Shown: positions 37,935 through 47,777 of the stretch, piece by piece
Layout of the letters: every line of letters begins with the position of its first letter
Numbering within the stretch: the first letter of the stretch is position 1
Source of the DNA: Rubrobacter sp.
GTDB taxonomy: Bacteria > Actinomycetota > Rubrobacteria > Rubrobacterales > Rubrobacteraceae
Assembly (NCBI GenBank): GCA_036377135.1
Contig: DASUYY010000238.1
Coordinates: forward strand, 1 to 57,459
Length of the DNA stretch: 57,459 nt
Direction of reading: 5' to 3'
Notes under the pieces: generated by a model
Told to the model about the DNA's origin: nothing
Seen by the model: the letters and a program-made list of their open reading frames with translations, nothing else
Database searches by the model: none
Made by a program: the position numbers and the translations under genes

Positions 37935-39173
37935 ATGAAAACTATCGTTATCGGGGCCGGGTTGGCCGGCCTTACCTGTGCAATGGTACTGAGAGAGCGT
38001 GGCGTGGAGGTCGCCGTCTTCGAGGCGTCCGACGACGTCGGTGGCCGCGTGCGGACGGACAAGCTTGACGGGTTCCTGCTCGACAGGGGCTTCCAGGTCT
38101 ACTTCACCTCGTATCCGGTCTCCAGGAGGCACCTGGACTATGGAGCACTGGATTTCCGAACTTTCGACCCTGGCGCGATCGTCCACAGAGGATCGGAGAA
38201 GAGCATCCTCTCCGATCCCCTGCGCGACACGAAAGCGCTCGTCCCTTCGCTGCTCTCGGACGCGGCTACCCTCGCAGACAAAGTCAGGATGGTGGATCTG
38301 GTGACAGGCACGTTCCCGGGGGGCATCAGTGCCGGTGAGGAGGACGGCGAGGCGGATACCTCGACGCTCGAGTACCTGAAGAAGGCCGGCCTCTCCGAAC
38401 GGTACATAGACTCCTTCTTCAGGCCGTTCTATGGTGGAATATTTCTGAACCGCGACTTGAACACGAGCGCCCGCGTCCTTCGCTTCACATTGCGAATGCT
38501 CGCAACGGGCCGTACGGTCGTCCCCGCGCTGGGGATGGGTGAGATACCACGCCAGCTCGCCTCCCGACTGCCGGATGACGTTATCCATCTGAACAGCCCC
38601 GTGGAAGCGCTCCTGCGCGATGGGGAGCGGGTGGGCGGTGTCAGGGCCGCGGGAGAGGAGCACGAGGCCGAAGCCGTCGTCGTCGCGACCGACGCGCCGA
38701 CGGCCGGCGGGCTCACTGGCGAGGCTGTGCCTGAGGGGGCGGTGGGGGAGGTATGCCTGTACTACGAGACGGACGGGCTGGGTAGTGGAAGGAAGATCCT
38801 GCTGAACGCGGAGGATGGAGCTTTCGTGAACAACGCCGTGGAGATAAGCAATGTCTCCGAGAAGTACGCCCCGCCGGGCCATCACCTGCTCTATGCCGTG
38901 GTGCTCGCGGGGCTCGAGCTGCCTGACGAGGATCTCTACCGCAGGGGCATAGAGGACCTTAGCAGCTGGCACCCTTCCGCCGACTTCAGGCCGATCGCGC
39001 TGCGCCGCATCCCCTACGGCCAGTTCGCACAGCCGCCTGGTATTCACAGGGAGTTGCCGGAGAACCGGACGCAGACGCCGGGGCTCGTGCTCGCGGGCGA
39101 GTACACCGAGGACTCCTCCATAAACGGTTCGATGCTCTCGGGGGAGAAAGCTGCAGGGGCGGTGCTCGCGTGA
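37935..39173 (+). CDS. NAD(P)/FAD-dependent oxidoreductase (amine oxidase/phytoene dehydrogenase-like)
   Basis: IGAGLAG, GGRVRTD, LDRGFQ, LAGEY...SINGSMLSG motifs. Confidence 0.88.
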   Translation: MKTIVIGAGLAGLTCAMVLRERGVEVAVFEASDDVGGRVRTDKLDGFLLDRGFQVYFTSYPVSRRHLDYGALDFRTFDPGAIVHRGSEKSILSDPLRDTKALVPSLLSDAATLADKVRMVDLVTGTFPGGISAGEEDGEADTSTLEYLKKAGLSERYIDSFFRPFYGGIFLNRDLNTSARVLRFTLRMLATGRTVVPALGMGEIPRQLASRLPDDVIHLNSPVEALLRDGERVGGVRAAGEEHEAEAVVVATDAPTAGGLTGEAVPEGAVGEVCLYYETDGLGSGRKILLNAEDGAFVNNAVEISNVSEKYAPPGHHLLYAVVLAGLELPDEDLYRRGIEDLSSWHPSADFRPIALRRIPYGQFAQPPGIHRELPENRTQTPGLVLAGEYTEDSSINGSMLSGEKAAGAVLA

Positions 39174-39916
39174 ACGGGGTTCCGGCACTCAAGATCGAGA
39201 AACTCAGGAAGACCTATTCCAACGGGTTTCTGGCGCTCGACGGGGTCTCTCTCGAGGTGGAGGCCGGGAAGTTCTTCGGGCTGCTCGGGCCCAACGGGGC
39301 GGGGAAGACGACCCTCATCAACAGCGTGGTCAGCCTGGCCAGGCCCGATTCAGGGACCGTCGAAGTCTTCGGGAAAGATGCTTACAGGGAGTTCAGGGAG
39401 GCGCGGCGTATGATCGGGGTCTCCCCACAGGAGGTGAACCTGGACAAGTTCCTGACCGTCGAGGAGACGCTGCTGTTCCACGCAGGCTACTACGGCGTCC
39501 CGAAGGACAAGGCCAGGGAGAGAGCCGAAGAGCTACTCCAGAGGTTCGAGCTTACGGGGAAGCGCGGCCAGCGGACCAACACCCTCTCGGGAGGCATGAA
39601 GCGGCGCGTGCTCTTCGCCAGGGCGCTCATGCACGACCCGAAGGTGCTCTTCCTCGACGAACCGACGGCCGGGGTCGACGTGGAGTTGCGCTACAAGCTG
39701 TGGGGGTACATCAGGGAGCTCAACCGTGGGGGGATGACCATCCTGCTCACGACCCATTATCTCGAGGAGGCCGAGGCGCTGTGCGAGGAGATAGCGCTAA
39801 TAGACGGCGGTAACATCGCCGCCCAGGGCACCAGTGAAGAGCTCAAAGAGTACTACGAGGCCAGGAACGTCGAGGAAGTCTACATGAAGGTGATCGGCAA
39901 TGATCTTAACGGATAG
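39170..39916 (+). CDS. ABC-2 transporter ATP-binding protein
   Basis: GPNGAGKT, LSGGM, LDEPT, TTH motifs. Confidence 0.95.
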   Translation: MNGVPALKIEKLRKTYSNGFLALDGVSLEVEAGKFFGLLGPNGAGKTTLINSVVSLARPDSGTVEVFGKDAYREFREARRMIGVSPQEVNLDKFLTVEETLLFHAGYYGVPKDKARERAEELLQRFELTGKRGQRTNTLSGGMKRRVLFARALMHDPKVLFLDEPTAGVDVELRYKLWGYIRELNRGGMTILLTTHYLEEAEALCEEIALIDGGNIAAQGTSEELKEYYEARNVEEVYMKVIGNDLNG

Positions 39917-40667
39917 AACCTTTCAGACGCTCCTATCGCGGGAGATCCTGCGCTTCACACGGGTCTGGATGCAGACGATAGTGCCGCAGCTCCTGACCTC
40001 ACTCCTCTACCTGGTGGTATTCGGGATCGCACTCGGCGGGCGCGTCAAGCAGATAGAGGGCATCCCGTACCTCGATTACATCCTGCCAGGCATCGCCCTG
40101 ATGAGCCTCATAACCAACTCGCAGATGAACTCGTCGTGGTCCGTCTTCGACGCCAAGCGCGAGCGCTACATAGACGAGGTGCTCATCAGCCCGATGAGCG
40201 ACCTGCAGATCGCGCTGGCCTACTCGTTGGGCGGGATGCTGCGCGGCGTTGTGATGGGGGCAGGCGTCTTCGTCGTCGGGGTGCCTTTCGTCGGTCTACA
40301 CATCAAGCATCCGCTGATGCTGATCCTGATCGGTCTTCTCGCCTCCTTCGCGTTCTCCTCCTTCGGCACGATGGTCGGCGCGCTTGCGACCAGGATCGAG
40401 CACATCTCGCTGATAACGAGCGTCATCATCCAGCCTCTGGCGTTTCTGGGCGGGGTGTTCTATTCAGTCGGGATGTTGCCTGGCGTTCTCAGGGTGGCGA
40501 CGTTCTTCAACCCGATCTTCTACACCGTCGACGCCGCCCGCTACGTAACTTTAGGCGTCTCCGACCTGAACCCCTACCCGACGCTTGGAATGGTCTTCCT
40601 CATCGCAGCCCTCTCCTTCGGAGGAGCCTGGTGGGCGATAAGCCGTGGCCCGAATCTTCGGTACTAA
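39900..40667 (+). CDS. ABC-2 transporter permease
   Basis: 6 TM segments; YILPG, FLGGVFY, NP.FY.VD motifs. Confidence 0.92.
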   Translation: MILTDRTFQTLLSREILRFTRVWMQTIVPQLLTSLLYLVVFGIALGGRVKQIEGIPYLDYILPGIALMSLITNSQMNSSWSVFDAKRERYIDEVLISPMSDLQIALAYSLGGMLRGVVMGAGVFVVGVPFVGLHIKHPLMLILIGLLASFAFSSFGTMVGALATRIEHISLITSVIIQPLAFLGGVFYSVGMLPGVLRVATFFNPIFYTVDAARYVTLGVSDLNPYPTLGMVFLIAALSFGGAWWAISRGPNLRY

Positions 40668-41838
40668 GAAGGCCTCTGCCGGGGAGGTCTGGGCCTTCGT
40701 CCTGACCGTCTTCGCTCTATCCAGGTTGCTATTCATGGGGGCGGGCGCTCTGGCGGTCTCCTACCTTCCCGAGGCGTTGCCTGCGGGTGATCCCCTGGAG
40801 CCGCCGGGCTTCCTGAACTACTGGGCCCACTGGGACGGGGCCTGGTACTCGGAGATCGCCACCCAGGGGTACGGGGCGCATGCACCGGAATCTACGGCCT
40901 TCTTCCCACTGTACCCGATGCTCGTTAAGCTCGGGAGCGCCCTCCCTGGCGGGCCGGCGGTTTGGGGAGTCCTGATCTCACTCCTGGGCACGGTCTTCGC
41001 ATTGTTCTTCGTCTACCGCATAGCGGAGGACCTCTACGGCGTCCGCGCGGCCCGTGCCGCCACCCTCGCCCTCGCCTTCTTCCCGACGGCCTTCTTCATG
41101 AACGCCGTCTATACCGAGGCGCTCTTCCTCGCGCTCACGGCAGGCTCCGTGTGGGCCGCCCGCGTCCGCCGCAACCTGCTGCTGGCAGGGCTGCTCGGTG
41201 CTCTCGCTGCGGCCACCAGGAACCTCGGGGTGCTGCTCCTTGCTCCGCTCTTCTTCGAGTGGTTGCGCTACAGGCGGGAGTTCGGTGTTCGCGGTCTCGC
41301 CGGGCTTGCTCTGGTGCCTGCCGGCCTCGCGGGGTATGCGATCTTTCTGCGGGAGCGGTTCGGGGACCCGCTCGTCTTCGCCGGACAGCAGAGCGCCTAC
41401 TGGGACCGAGAATTGACCAACCCGCTTACGACGATGGGGAGGGCGTGGCATACCGCAGGGGACGGGTTGAGGTTCGTACTGGATCCCTCGGTCCTTTTCC
41501 TGAGCCCTCCGGCCGGGGCATCGCTCGAAGCATCGAATACCCTGAACCTGGTGTTCCTGATCCTCTTCCTGCTCCTCATGCTCGCTGGTTTCGTCGTGCT
41601 GCCGCCCGGGCTCTCCCTCTACACCTTCCTCATCGTCATGCTGCCTGTGCTCACGCCCGCTCCCGAGTTCCCACTCATGAGCCTGCCCCGCTTCGTGCTC
41701 GGGGCGTTCCCTGTTTTCCTGGTCCTTGGCTACCTGCTCTCGCGCAGCCGCCCGGCCCTGATCCTCTATCTCCTGTCGAGCTGCGGGCTAGGAGTAGCGT
41801 TGACCGCGTTGTTTACGACGTGGCGCTGGGTGGCCTAG
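40645..41838 (+). CDS. PIG-V-like GT-C mannosyltransferase
   Basis: WD..WY..IA..GY, AFFPLYP, YTEALF, TR..G motifs; multi-TM. Confidence 0.85.
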   Translation: MARIFGTKKASAGEVWAFVLTVFALSRLLFMGAGALAVSYLPEALPAGDPLEPPGFLNYWAHWDGAWYSEIATQGYGAHAPESTAFFPLYPMLVKLGSALPGGPAVWGVLISLLGTVFALFFVYRIAEDLYGVRAARAATLALAFFPTAFFMNAVYTEALFLALTAGSVWAARVRRNLLLAGLLGALAAATRNLGVLLLAPLFFEWLRYRREFGVRGLAGLALVPAGLAGYAIFLRERFGDPLVFAGQQSAYWDRELTNPLTTMGRAWHTAGDGLRFVLDPSVLFLSPPAGASLEASNTLNLVFLILFLLLMLAGFVVLPPGLSLYTFLIVMLPVLTPAPEFPLMSLPRFVLGAFPVFLVLGYLLSRSRPALILYLLSSCGLGVALTALFTTWRWVA

Positions 41839-41857
41839 ACGCTGGAGGAGATCCCTG

Positions 41858-42665
41858 ATGGATAACGTGCCTGGCCTCGACCGACTGCCCGCCCATCGCA
41901 CTCTGCTCGAGCGGGCCGTGAACCACTTTCGGGATGATGCCCGCGTGGTGGGTATGATCATGGGCGGCTCACTGGCACACGGTGCCGTGGATTTCTACTC
42001 TGACGAGGACCTCTACATCGTTGCCCGCGACGAGTCGTTCGATGCCGTGTTCGACGAAAGGGACGTTGCCGCCGTGGCCACAGGCGCCCCACTCTTCCGC
42101 TTTGACGTAGATCCCATACCAGGAGGGAGCCGGGACTACATAGTCACGTACCCTGGGCCCATCAAACTCGACCTCATGTACTATCGGGAGTCCGAGATCA
42201 AACCAGATCAAAAGTGGGTTGGTTGTCCGGTTTTGAAGGATCATTCCGGCTCGCTCGTTGCCGTGGTCTCCCGCTCCGCAGGGTCTTCTCTCCCTGAGCC
42301 GATGGAACTCCTGGTACTACGTCTTCGGAAAGATCATGCGTGGCGAGCTCTGGGAGGCGCTCGACGGAATCCACACCATAAGGAGTGATGCCCTCCTGCC
42401 CATGTTCGACTGGACGGGCGGAAGACGTCATGAAGGATACAGACGGCTGGAGCGCAAGCTCGACCCCGAAACCGCGGCGCGCCTTGCGGCAACTGTCGCT
42501 CCACTGGAAGCCGATGCGCTGTATGAGGCGCTGCAGACCGCGATGGCCCTGTTCCGCGAGATGCGCGAACCTGTCTTCGAACAATGCGGATTGACATTCG
42601 ACCCGGCGCCTGAAGAGGTGATCAGAGATGAGATTAACAGGCGCTGGGCTGCACGCGGGGCCTAA
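41858..42665 (+). pseudogene. Aminoglycoside/lincosamide nucleotidyltransferase-like gene, frameshifted
   Basis: GGSLA.G..D.YSD.D N-terminal half; the C-terminal helical half (GKIMRGELWEALD, GYRRLERKL) is in another frame; break at about 42300. Confidence 0.75.
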
Positions 42666-42890
42666 AGTTCAGTTGAGGCTGGGGATCGCTTCTGTGGCCA
42701 GGCGCTCACTCGTCTCCCGATCCATCCTGGAGCTTCACGATCTACGCGCCTTCACGTGCAAACGAGGTCGGAAGGTAAGGAACCGACATCAGCGTTGCGG
42801 GGTCACGGTCGGATCACGGCGTCTATGTAGGAATCACATAAGGTCGCTCTATCTCGCGGGCATATCACGCTCCGGAAACTACCGACAGGA

Positions 42891-45473
42891 TTAATCGTGC
42901 TCCGTGATATCTCGGAAGAGGATGACGCTGCCCTTACCATCAGCTTCTGCGTGGTTAAGCGGTGCCCCGCTCGCTTCGAACCTGTGCTGCGCGCCGTCTT
43001 GTGCTGCGCAGTTGAACACCATCCCGAACGGCTCTCCTTGACTGGCTCGTTGCTGCGGGGTCGCTTCCGGCGGGAGACGTTCGCCGCTCTCGTCCAGGCA
43101 CACCAGATCGTCCCGGCCGAACATCTTTGTGTAGGTTGCGTTGGTGAAGATCTCCTGACCTTCGGCGTCAACTACAAGCAAGCCAACATCCATGCTGTCC
43201 AGTATCACTTCAAAGCGTCCGACCTCATCCTCGCCGTCCTGGGCGAGCGTCTGCAACTCCTGGCTCCTGGCCTGAAGATCGTCGGTGGTCGTGTTCAGCT
43301 CCTCGACGGTCGCCTGAAGCTCCTCATTGAGGGTCTCCAACTCCTCGTTGGTGGCCTGAAGTTCCTCGTTGAGGGTCTCGACCTCCTCGGTCGCGGCCTG
43401 AGCTTCCTCGGTAGAGAGCAGAAGCTCTTCGTTGGTCGTCCTGAGCTCCTCGTTGACCCTGGTCAACTCCTGGTTGCTCTCGTCGAGCTGGCGGTTAGTT
43501 TCGGTAAGGCGCATATTAAGCAACCGTTCCTGTTCGAGCGCGGTGTCGACGGAGTCCAGCCGCTCTTTCAAGCTATCACGCGCTTGCACCAGTTTGGTGA
43601 CGTCTCTCAGAATTAGCACCACCGTCTGGGGCGACCCCCGCCCGCCCCAGACTAAATTCTGGGGGGCGGCGAGCATCCTGAGGTGACGAAGCTCGCTGGT
43701 GCCAGGCTTCTCGACCGCGAGCTCGGCATCATCAATCGGAGCGTCCTGGCGGAAGGCGGCATCGATCGTCGCGCGGAGCGCCGCGTACCCGGCGCCGTGG
43801 GTGAGGTGGATCAGATCCTCCCCCGTCGCCGGACTGTGGATGTCGAGCAGGCGGCGGGCCGAGTTGTTTATCAACTGGATGTCGTAGCGCCTGTCCACAA
43901 CCACCACGCCAATAGGTAGCTTGAGCAGGAAGTTGTTGATGATCTTCTCCTCCCGCTGCTGCTCCTGATCCCTCGGTGTGAGTCCCAGGTTCCTACGCCC
44001 CCTGTGATACGAGGGATCCTTCTTCAGTGGTGCTGCCGCTGGGCTCTCGAGGAGGGCTGGCGGCATCAGGAAGCGGTCGCCGCGGCGGCGGTAGATCTTC
44101 TGGTGCTTGTTCTCGGGGACGTAGTATTCGCTCAGGGGACCTGTTGACTCCGCCTTGCCGAGCACCAGTCGGCCGTTGTTCCTCAACGAGTACGCGAAGA
44201 GCTTAAGCGCCCGCTTCTGTAGCTCAGGGGTGAAGTAGATCAGCACGTTGCGGCAGATGACCATGTCTATCCGGGGGAAAGGAGAGCGCTGTCCGAGATC
44301 GTGCTGGCCGAAGATAACCATCCCGCGCACCAGCTTGTTGATCTGGTAGTCGCCATCTTCTTTGACGAAGTAGCGGTTGATCAGGGCCTCTGGCACGTTG
44401 TCGAGCGTCGAGTGAGCGTAGATACCGTTCCTGGCGAAGGCGATGGCTTCCTCATCGAGGTCTGTGGCGAAGATGCGTACGTCGAACCGTCCCAACTCGT
44501 CGCCCAGAGCCTCGGCCACGAGGATAGCAAGCGAGTAGGCTTCCTCGCCCGTCGCGCAGCCCGCCGACCAGAAGCGCAACTGGTTGTCCTGCTTCCTGGC
44601 CTCCTCTATGAGCTGCGGCACGGTCTCGTCCTTGAGTATTTTGAACAGCTCGGTGTCGCGGAAGAACTCGGTCACGGTGATCAGGAAAGAGCTTACGAGC
44701 TGCTGGAACTCCTCGGGGTGTTCCCTCACGTAGTCGGCGTAGTCCTCTATGCTCTGCGAGCCTGTGACGACGATCCGCCTCTGCAGGCGGCGCATGATCG
44801 TCGGCGTCTTGTAGCCCGAGAAATCTATGCTGTTGCGCTCGCGCACTTCCTCCAGCAGCGAGCGTAGCGCCTCCTGCTCGTCCGGCTCGTCCGGGACAGG
44901 GGAACCCGTAAGCAGGTCGTGGATGATCCCACCCATCCTGTCGAGCTCCGCAATGATGTCCACGGTGTTCGGGGCGAGCGACTGGGGCATCCCAGGGTAC
45001 CTTGCGGTCTTGGGGTTCTGGATGATTACCGTGCCGCCAGCCTTCTTGACTACCCCGGCCCCTGCTGCGCCGTCGGAGCCTGTGCCTGTGAGGATGACGG
45101 CGATCAAACGCTCCCCGACGACCTCGGCGGCGCTGCCCAATAGCAAGTCTATGGATGGCTTGGGACGTCCGTGGCTGTCTACCCTGAGATCGATCTCGGT
45201 GCCTGTTACGTTGACGTGGCGATTGGCAGGCACCACGAAGACCACGCCCGGCTCTAGCGGCTCGTGGTCCGTAACCGTGCGGACGGGGAGGATGCTCTTG
45301 CGTCCGAGGATCTCTCCAAGATGGCTCTCGCGGGCCGGGTCGAGGTGCTGGGCGACGATGACAGGAGCGGGAAAGTCCTCCGGAAGGGTCGAGAGGAGCA
45401 CGGACAGTGCCTCGACCCCGCCAGCGGAGGAGCCGATCACGACGAGACTGGAAAGGTCCTTGGGCTCAGGCAC
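42891..45473 (-). CDS. CheB methylesterase-CheR methyltransferase fusion with PAS domains and a coiled coil
   Basis: GSSAGG, QHL, GTGSDG (CheB triad); WSAGCATGEEAYS, ATDLD, CRNVLIYF (CheR); NEELQ heptads; terminal PAS ending RDITE. Confidence 0.93.
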   Translation of the reverse strand: MPEPKDLSSLVVIGSSAGGVEALSVLLSTLPEDFPAPVIVAQHLDPARESHLGEILGRKSILPVRTVTDHEPLEPGVVFVVPANRHVNVTGTEIDLRVDSHGRPKPSIDLLLGSAAEVVGERLIAVILTGTGSDGAAGAGVVKKAGGTVIIQNPKTARYPGMPQSLAPNTVDIIAELDRMGGIIHDLLTGSPVPDEPDEQEALRSLLEEVRERNSIDFSGYKTPTIMRRLQRRIVVTGSQSIEDYADYVREHPEEFQQLVSSFLITVTEFFRDTELFKILKDETVPQLIEEARKQDNQLRFWSAGCATGEEAYSLAILVAEALGDELGRFDVRIFATDLDEEAIAFARNGIYAHSTLDNVPEALINRYFVKEDGDYQINKLVRGMVIFGQHDLGQRSPFPRIDMVICRNVLIYFTPELQKRALKLFAYSLRNNGRLVLGKAESTGPLSEYYVPENKHQKIYRRRGDRFLMPPALLESPAAAPLKKDPSYHRGRRNLGLTPRDQEQQREEKIINNFLLKLPIGVVVVDRRYDIQLINNSARRLLDIHSPATGEDLIHLTHGAGYAALRATIDAAFRQDAPIDDAELAVEKPGTSELRHLRMLAAPQNLVWGGRGSPQTVVLILRDVTKLVQARDSLKERLDSVDTALEQERLLNMRLTETNRQLDESNQELTRVNEELRTTNEELLLSTEEAQAATEEVETLNEELQATNEELETLNEELQATVEELNTTTDDLQARSQELQTLAQDGEDEVGRFEVILDSMDVGLLVVDAEGQEIFTNATYTKMFGRDDLVCLDESGERLPPEATPQQRASQGEPFGMVFNCAAQDGAQHRFEASGAPLNHAEADGKGSVILFRDITEHD

Positions 45474-45539
45474 GACCGCACCTCCGCCGGTTCGGGAAGG
45501 GCTGCACGCGACGATTATTTAGTTCGGGTCGAAACATGA

Positions 45540-46259
45540 TCAATCTCCTGCAATCTTCTTCAGTGCCTGGACATCCGTAACGTGTATGTGACGGTGCACG
45601 ATCGTTATCGCCCCCGATGCCCGTAGGCTGATGAGGGCGTTGGTCACGGCTTCGCGATTCGCCCCGATCATCGTGCCCAGCTGCTGGTGGGTGTAGCGCG
45701 TCGGAATCCTTGTGTGCCCGCTGTTGACCACCCCCTCGCTGTCAGCGAGGAAGATGATAAGGCCCGCCAGGCGGGGTAAAACCTCTTTCAACCCGACGTC
45801 CAGCATCCTGTTGCCGAATTGGACCAGACGGTCGTTGAGCAGCCTCATCATTATCAGACCAACCTCGGGCCACCTCATCACCAGCCGTTCGAAGGAAGCC
45901 TGGCGCACAATGCAGATACGTGACGTTTCCAGAGCCTGTGCGTAAGTTCCCAGCCCCTGACCATTGCCGAACGCCAACTCACCGAAGAACTCCCCGGCAC
46001 CAATCACCATAAAGGTGAACTCGCGTCCCCCCGTTACCTCGTAGATCCTTACCCGCCCTTCGAGAACCACGAAGAGCATGTTGTGCGTGTACCGCGGCGT
46101 GAACAGATTCTGGCCCACTTCCAGATGAACCTCCGCCGTCCTATGGGCGAGGTCTCTTAGCTCATCCGGCGGTAACGGCTGTAGAAAATCTACTAGGGAG
46201 AGTAGCCGCTCCTTGTCGCTTGGTAGTGTGCTCTCTGCACGTTCCTCTTGCGGCTCCAA
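45540..46259 (-). CDS. Crp/Fnr family transcriptional regulator
   Basis: cNMP-type domain (GEFFGE) and HTH THQQLGTMIGANREAVT. Confidence 0.9.
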   Translation of the reverse strand: MEPQEERAESTLPSDKERLLSLVDFLQPLPPDELRDLAHRTAEVHLEVGQNLFTPRYTHNMLFVVLEGRVRIYEVTGGREFTFMVIGAGEFFGELAFGNGQGLGTYAQALETSRICIVRQASFERLVMRWPEVGLIMMRLLNDRLVQFGNRMLDVGLKEVLPRLAGLIIFLADSEGVVNSGHTRIPTRYTHQQLGTMIGANREAVTNALISLRASGAITIVHRHIHVTDVQALKKIAGD

Positions 46260-46422
46260 CCGACGTAATCCTAATGCTCAGAGTCTATGGTCACGTTCGT
46301 TCGATTTTACAACAAAGGACAAGAACGTGATGACGATTTCAGGCCGCGTACTCATCGCATATTGGTAGTGCCATCATATGTCAATGACCCAATATGTTGT
46401 TATGTGCAGCTTGTAGAAGTTT

Positions 46423-46438
46423 CGTGAATTGTATTACA
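46423..46438. promoter_or_regulatory. Candidate Crp-family binding site
   Basis: CGTGA-ATTGTA-TTACA against the TGTGA-N6-TCACA consensus, in the intergenic region next to the Crp gene. Confidence 0.45.
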
Positions 46439-46652
46439 GAGTACCGATAGCCACGGGCTTTCCGTCGAGAATACGGAACGTTGGCCCTCTTGATAGGAGT
46501 CTCAGAGCGCTGGGGAGCGACTGGACGACGAGGGAAAGGAGGAGAGGGCCACAAATACGGTCGGTCGAATACGGGACGGTATCCTGAGTCATCACCCCCT
46601 CCTGACGGGATCCGACCTGTATTCGACGGCTTCTGAGTAGAAGGAGGGAGCG

Positions 46653-47075
46653 GTGTTCCGCAACTCAAATGGAACGGTCGATACGACCCTGGAATCGTAC
46701 CGGGCGGTCATGGAGGGTGTCGCTGCCGTCCAGAAGCAGAGCATGATGTTCGCCCTGGGCTGGATCGAGAAGCAGGCGGAGATCAACCTGCGCATGGTGG
46801 AGATGATGATGGGGCAGGCAAGAAGGCAGCAGGAGGCTTCGCGAGTCCTGGTCGAAGGATCGGTCAGGGTGTTCGACGAACTTCCACATGCTGCGAGCAC
46901 GGATGCAGAAGAACGGAGCCTGCCCATAGATAGATACGACCGGCTCAGCATCGAGGAGATAAGCACCAGGCTGGAGCAACTCGACGCGCGCGGGGTCGAG
47001 GAGCTAAAAAACTATGAGGTGCGTCACAAGAACCGCCTTCTGCTCCTGGAGCGCCTGGACCGTGCCCTGGTCTGA
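46653..47075 (+). CDS. Hypothetical protein (amphipathic helical N-terminus; LPI..YD.L...YE..HKNR C-terminal module)
   Basis: AAGGAGG RBS, then GTG; coding-like ORF. Confidence 0.75.
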   Translation: MFRNSNGTVDTTLESYRAVMEGVAAVQKQSMMFALGWIEKQAEINLRMVEMMMGQARRQQEASRVLVEGSVRVFDELPHAASTDAEERSLPIDRYDRLSIEEISTRLEQLDARGVEELKNYEVRHKNRLLLLERLDRALV

Positions 47076-47145
47076 CCCTCACGATCTGGAGAAGGCATGG
47101 CCCATCGCCGGTGGTGACACCCTGGAACCACGGGTTTAAGGAGGT

Positions 47146-47346
47146 ATGTCGATGCATTCGGAGCAGATAACCATAGGCACCAGGGTGAGGGTCAAGAATC
47201 ACAGAGAACCACGTCTTCAAGGACTGGCCGGAACCGTAGAGCAGATGTACGGAGATCCCCACTACAGGGCGGTAGAGGTGCGCCTGGAGAACGGACGATC
47301 CGAACTATTCTGGCATCACGAACTGGAGGAGGAGGGGAAACTCTAA
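47146..47346 (+). CDS. Small SH3/KOW-like hypothetical protein
   Basis: TAAGGAGGT RBS (ATG 47152 may be the true start); IGTRVRV...G..GTV...VEVRL pattern. Confidence 0.7.
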   Translation: MSMHSEQITIGTRVRVKNHREPRLQGLAGTVEQMYGDPHYRAVEVRLENGRSELFWHHELEEEGKL

Positions 47347-47389
47347 TGATTACGGAGCGGACCGGAGGCGGTCCTGGCGGCGAACGGTC

Positions 47390-47764
47390 ATGTACGCGGT
47401 AAGCGAAGAGGCGCAGCCGGCACATTCACCGTACTGGTTGATCTCGCGGCGCGAGATTGGCGGCCGCATCAGCGTGTATACCACCAGGCTCGGAAGCGGC
47501 GGTGAAGTGTTGCCGGTCTTCGGACACAGTAAAGACGCCATGGAGTTCCTGCGTTTCGCGGCCCTGGGTGGCGACTGGGAGATCAGGGAGGCAGGGACGG
47601 GGGAGTTAATCTCCATGCTCTTCAGCCTCTGCAAGGACGTTGATACGGTAATGCTCGACCCGTTCACCGGAAGGGACGTCACGCTGTTCGAGGGTCTCGT
47701 GAGCATGGAACGCAGACGCTTCGTGGAGTTCCTCCTAAGCAGCGCGGAGCCTCTCGCCAGGTAG
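47390..47764 (+). CDS. Hypothetical protein
   Basis: Coding-like ORF in the same operon direction. Confidence 0.65.
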   Translation: MYAVSEEAQPAHSPYWLISRREIGGRISVYTTRLGSGGEVLPVFGHSKDAMEFLRFAALGGDWEIREAGTGELISMLFSLCKDVDTVMLDPFTGRDVTLFEGLVSMERRRFVEFLLSSAEPLAR

Positions 47765-47777
47765 AAGGTCGAGGCTT

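Noticed and set aside
37806-39188. Long antisense or alternate-frame ORFs (also 49491-50534, 16110-17045, 3891-4823, 13601-14467, 40962-41858)
   Set aside because: They shadow well-supported genes, as expected in GC-rich DNA, and carry no recognisable motifs.
43290-43480. Repetitive DNA in the cheB-cheR gene
   Set aside because: It encodes the NEELQ coiled-coil heptads and is not an independent repeat.
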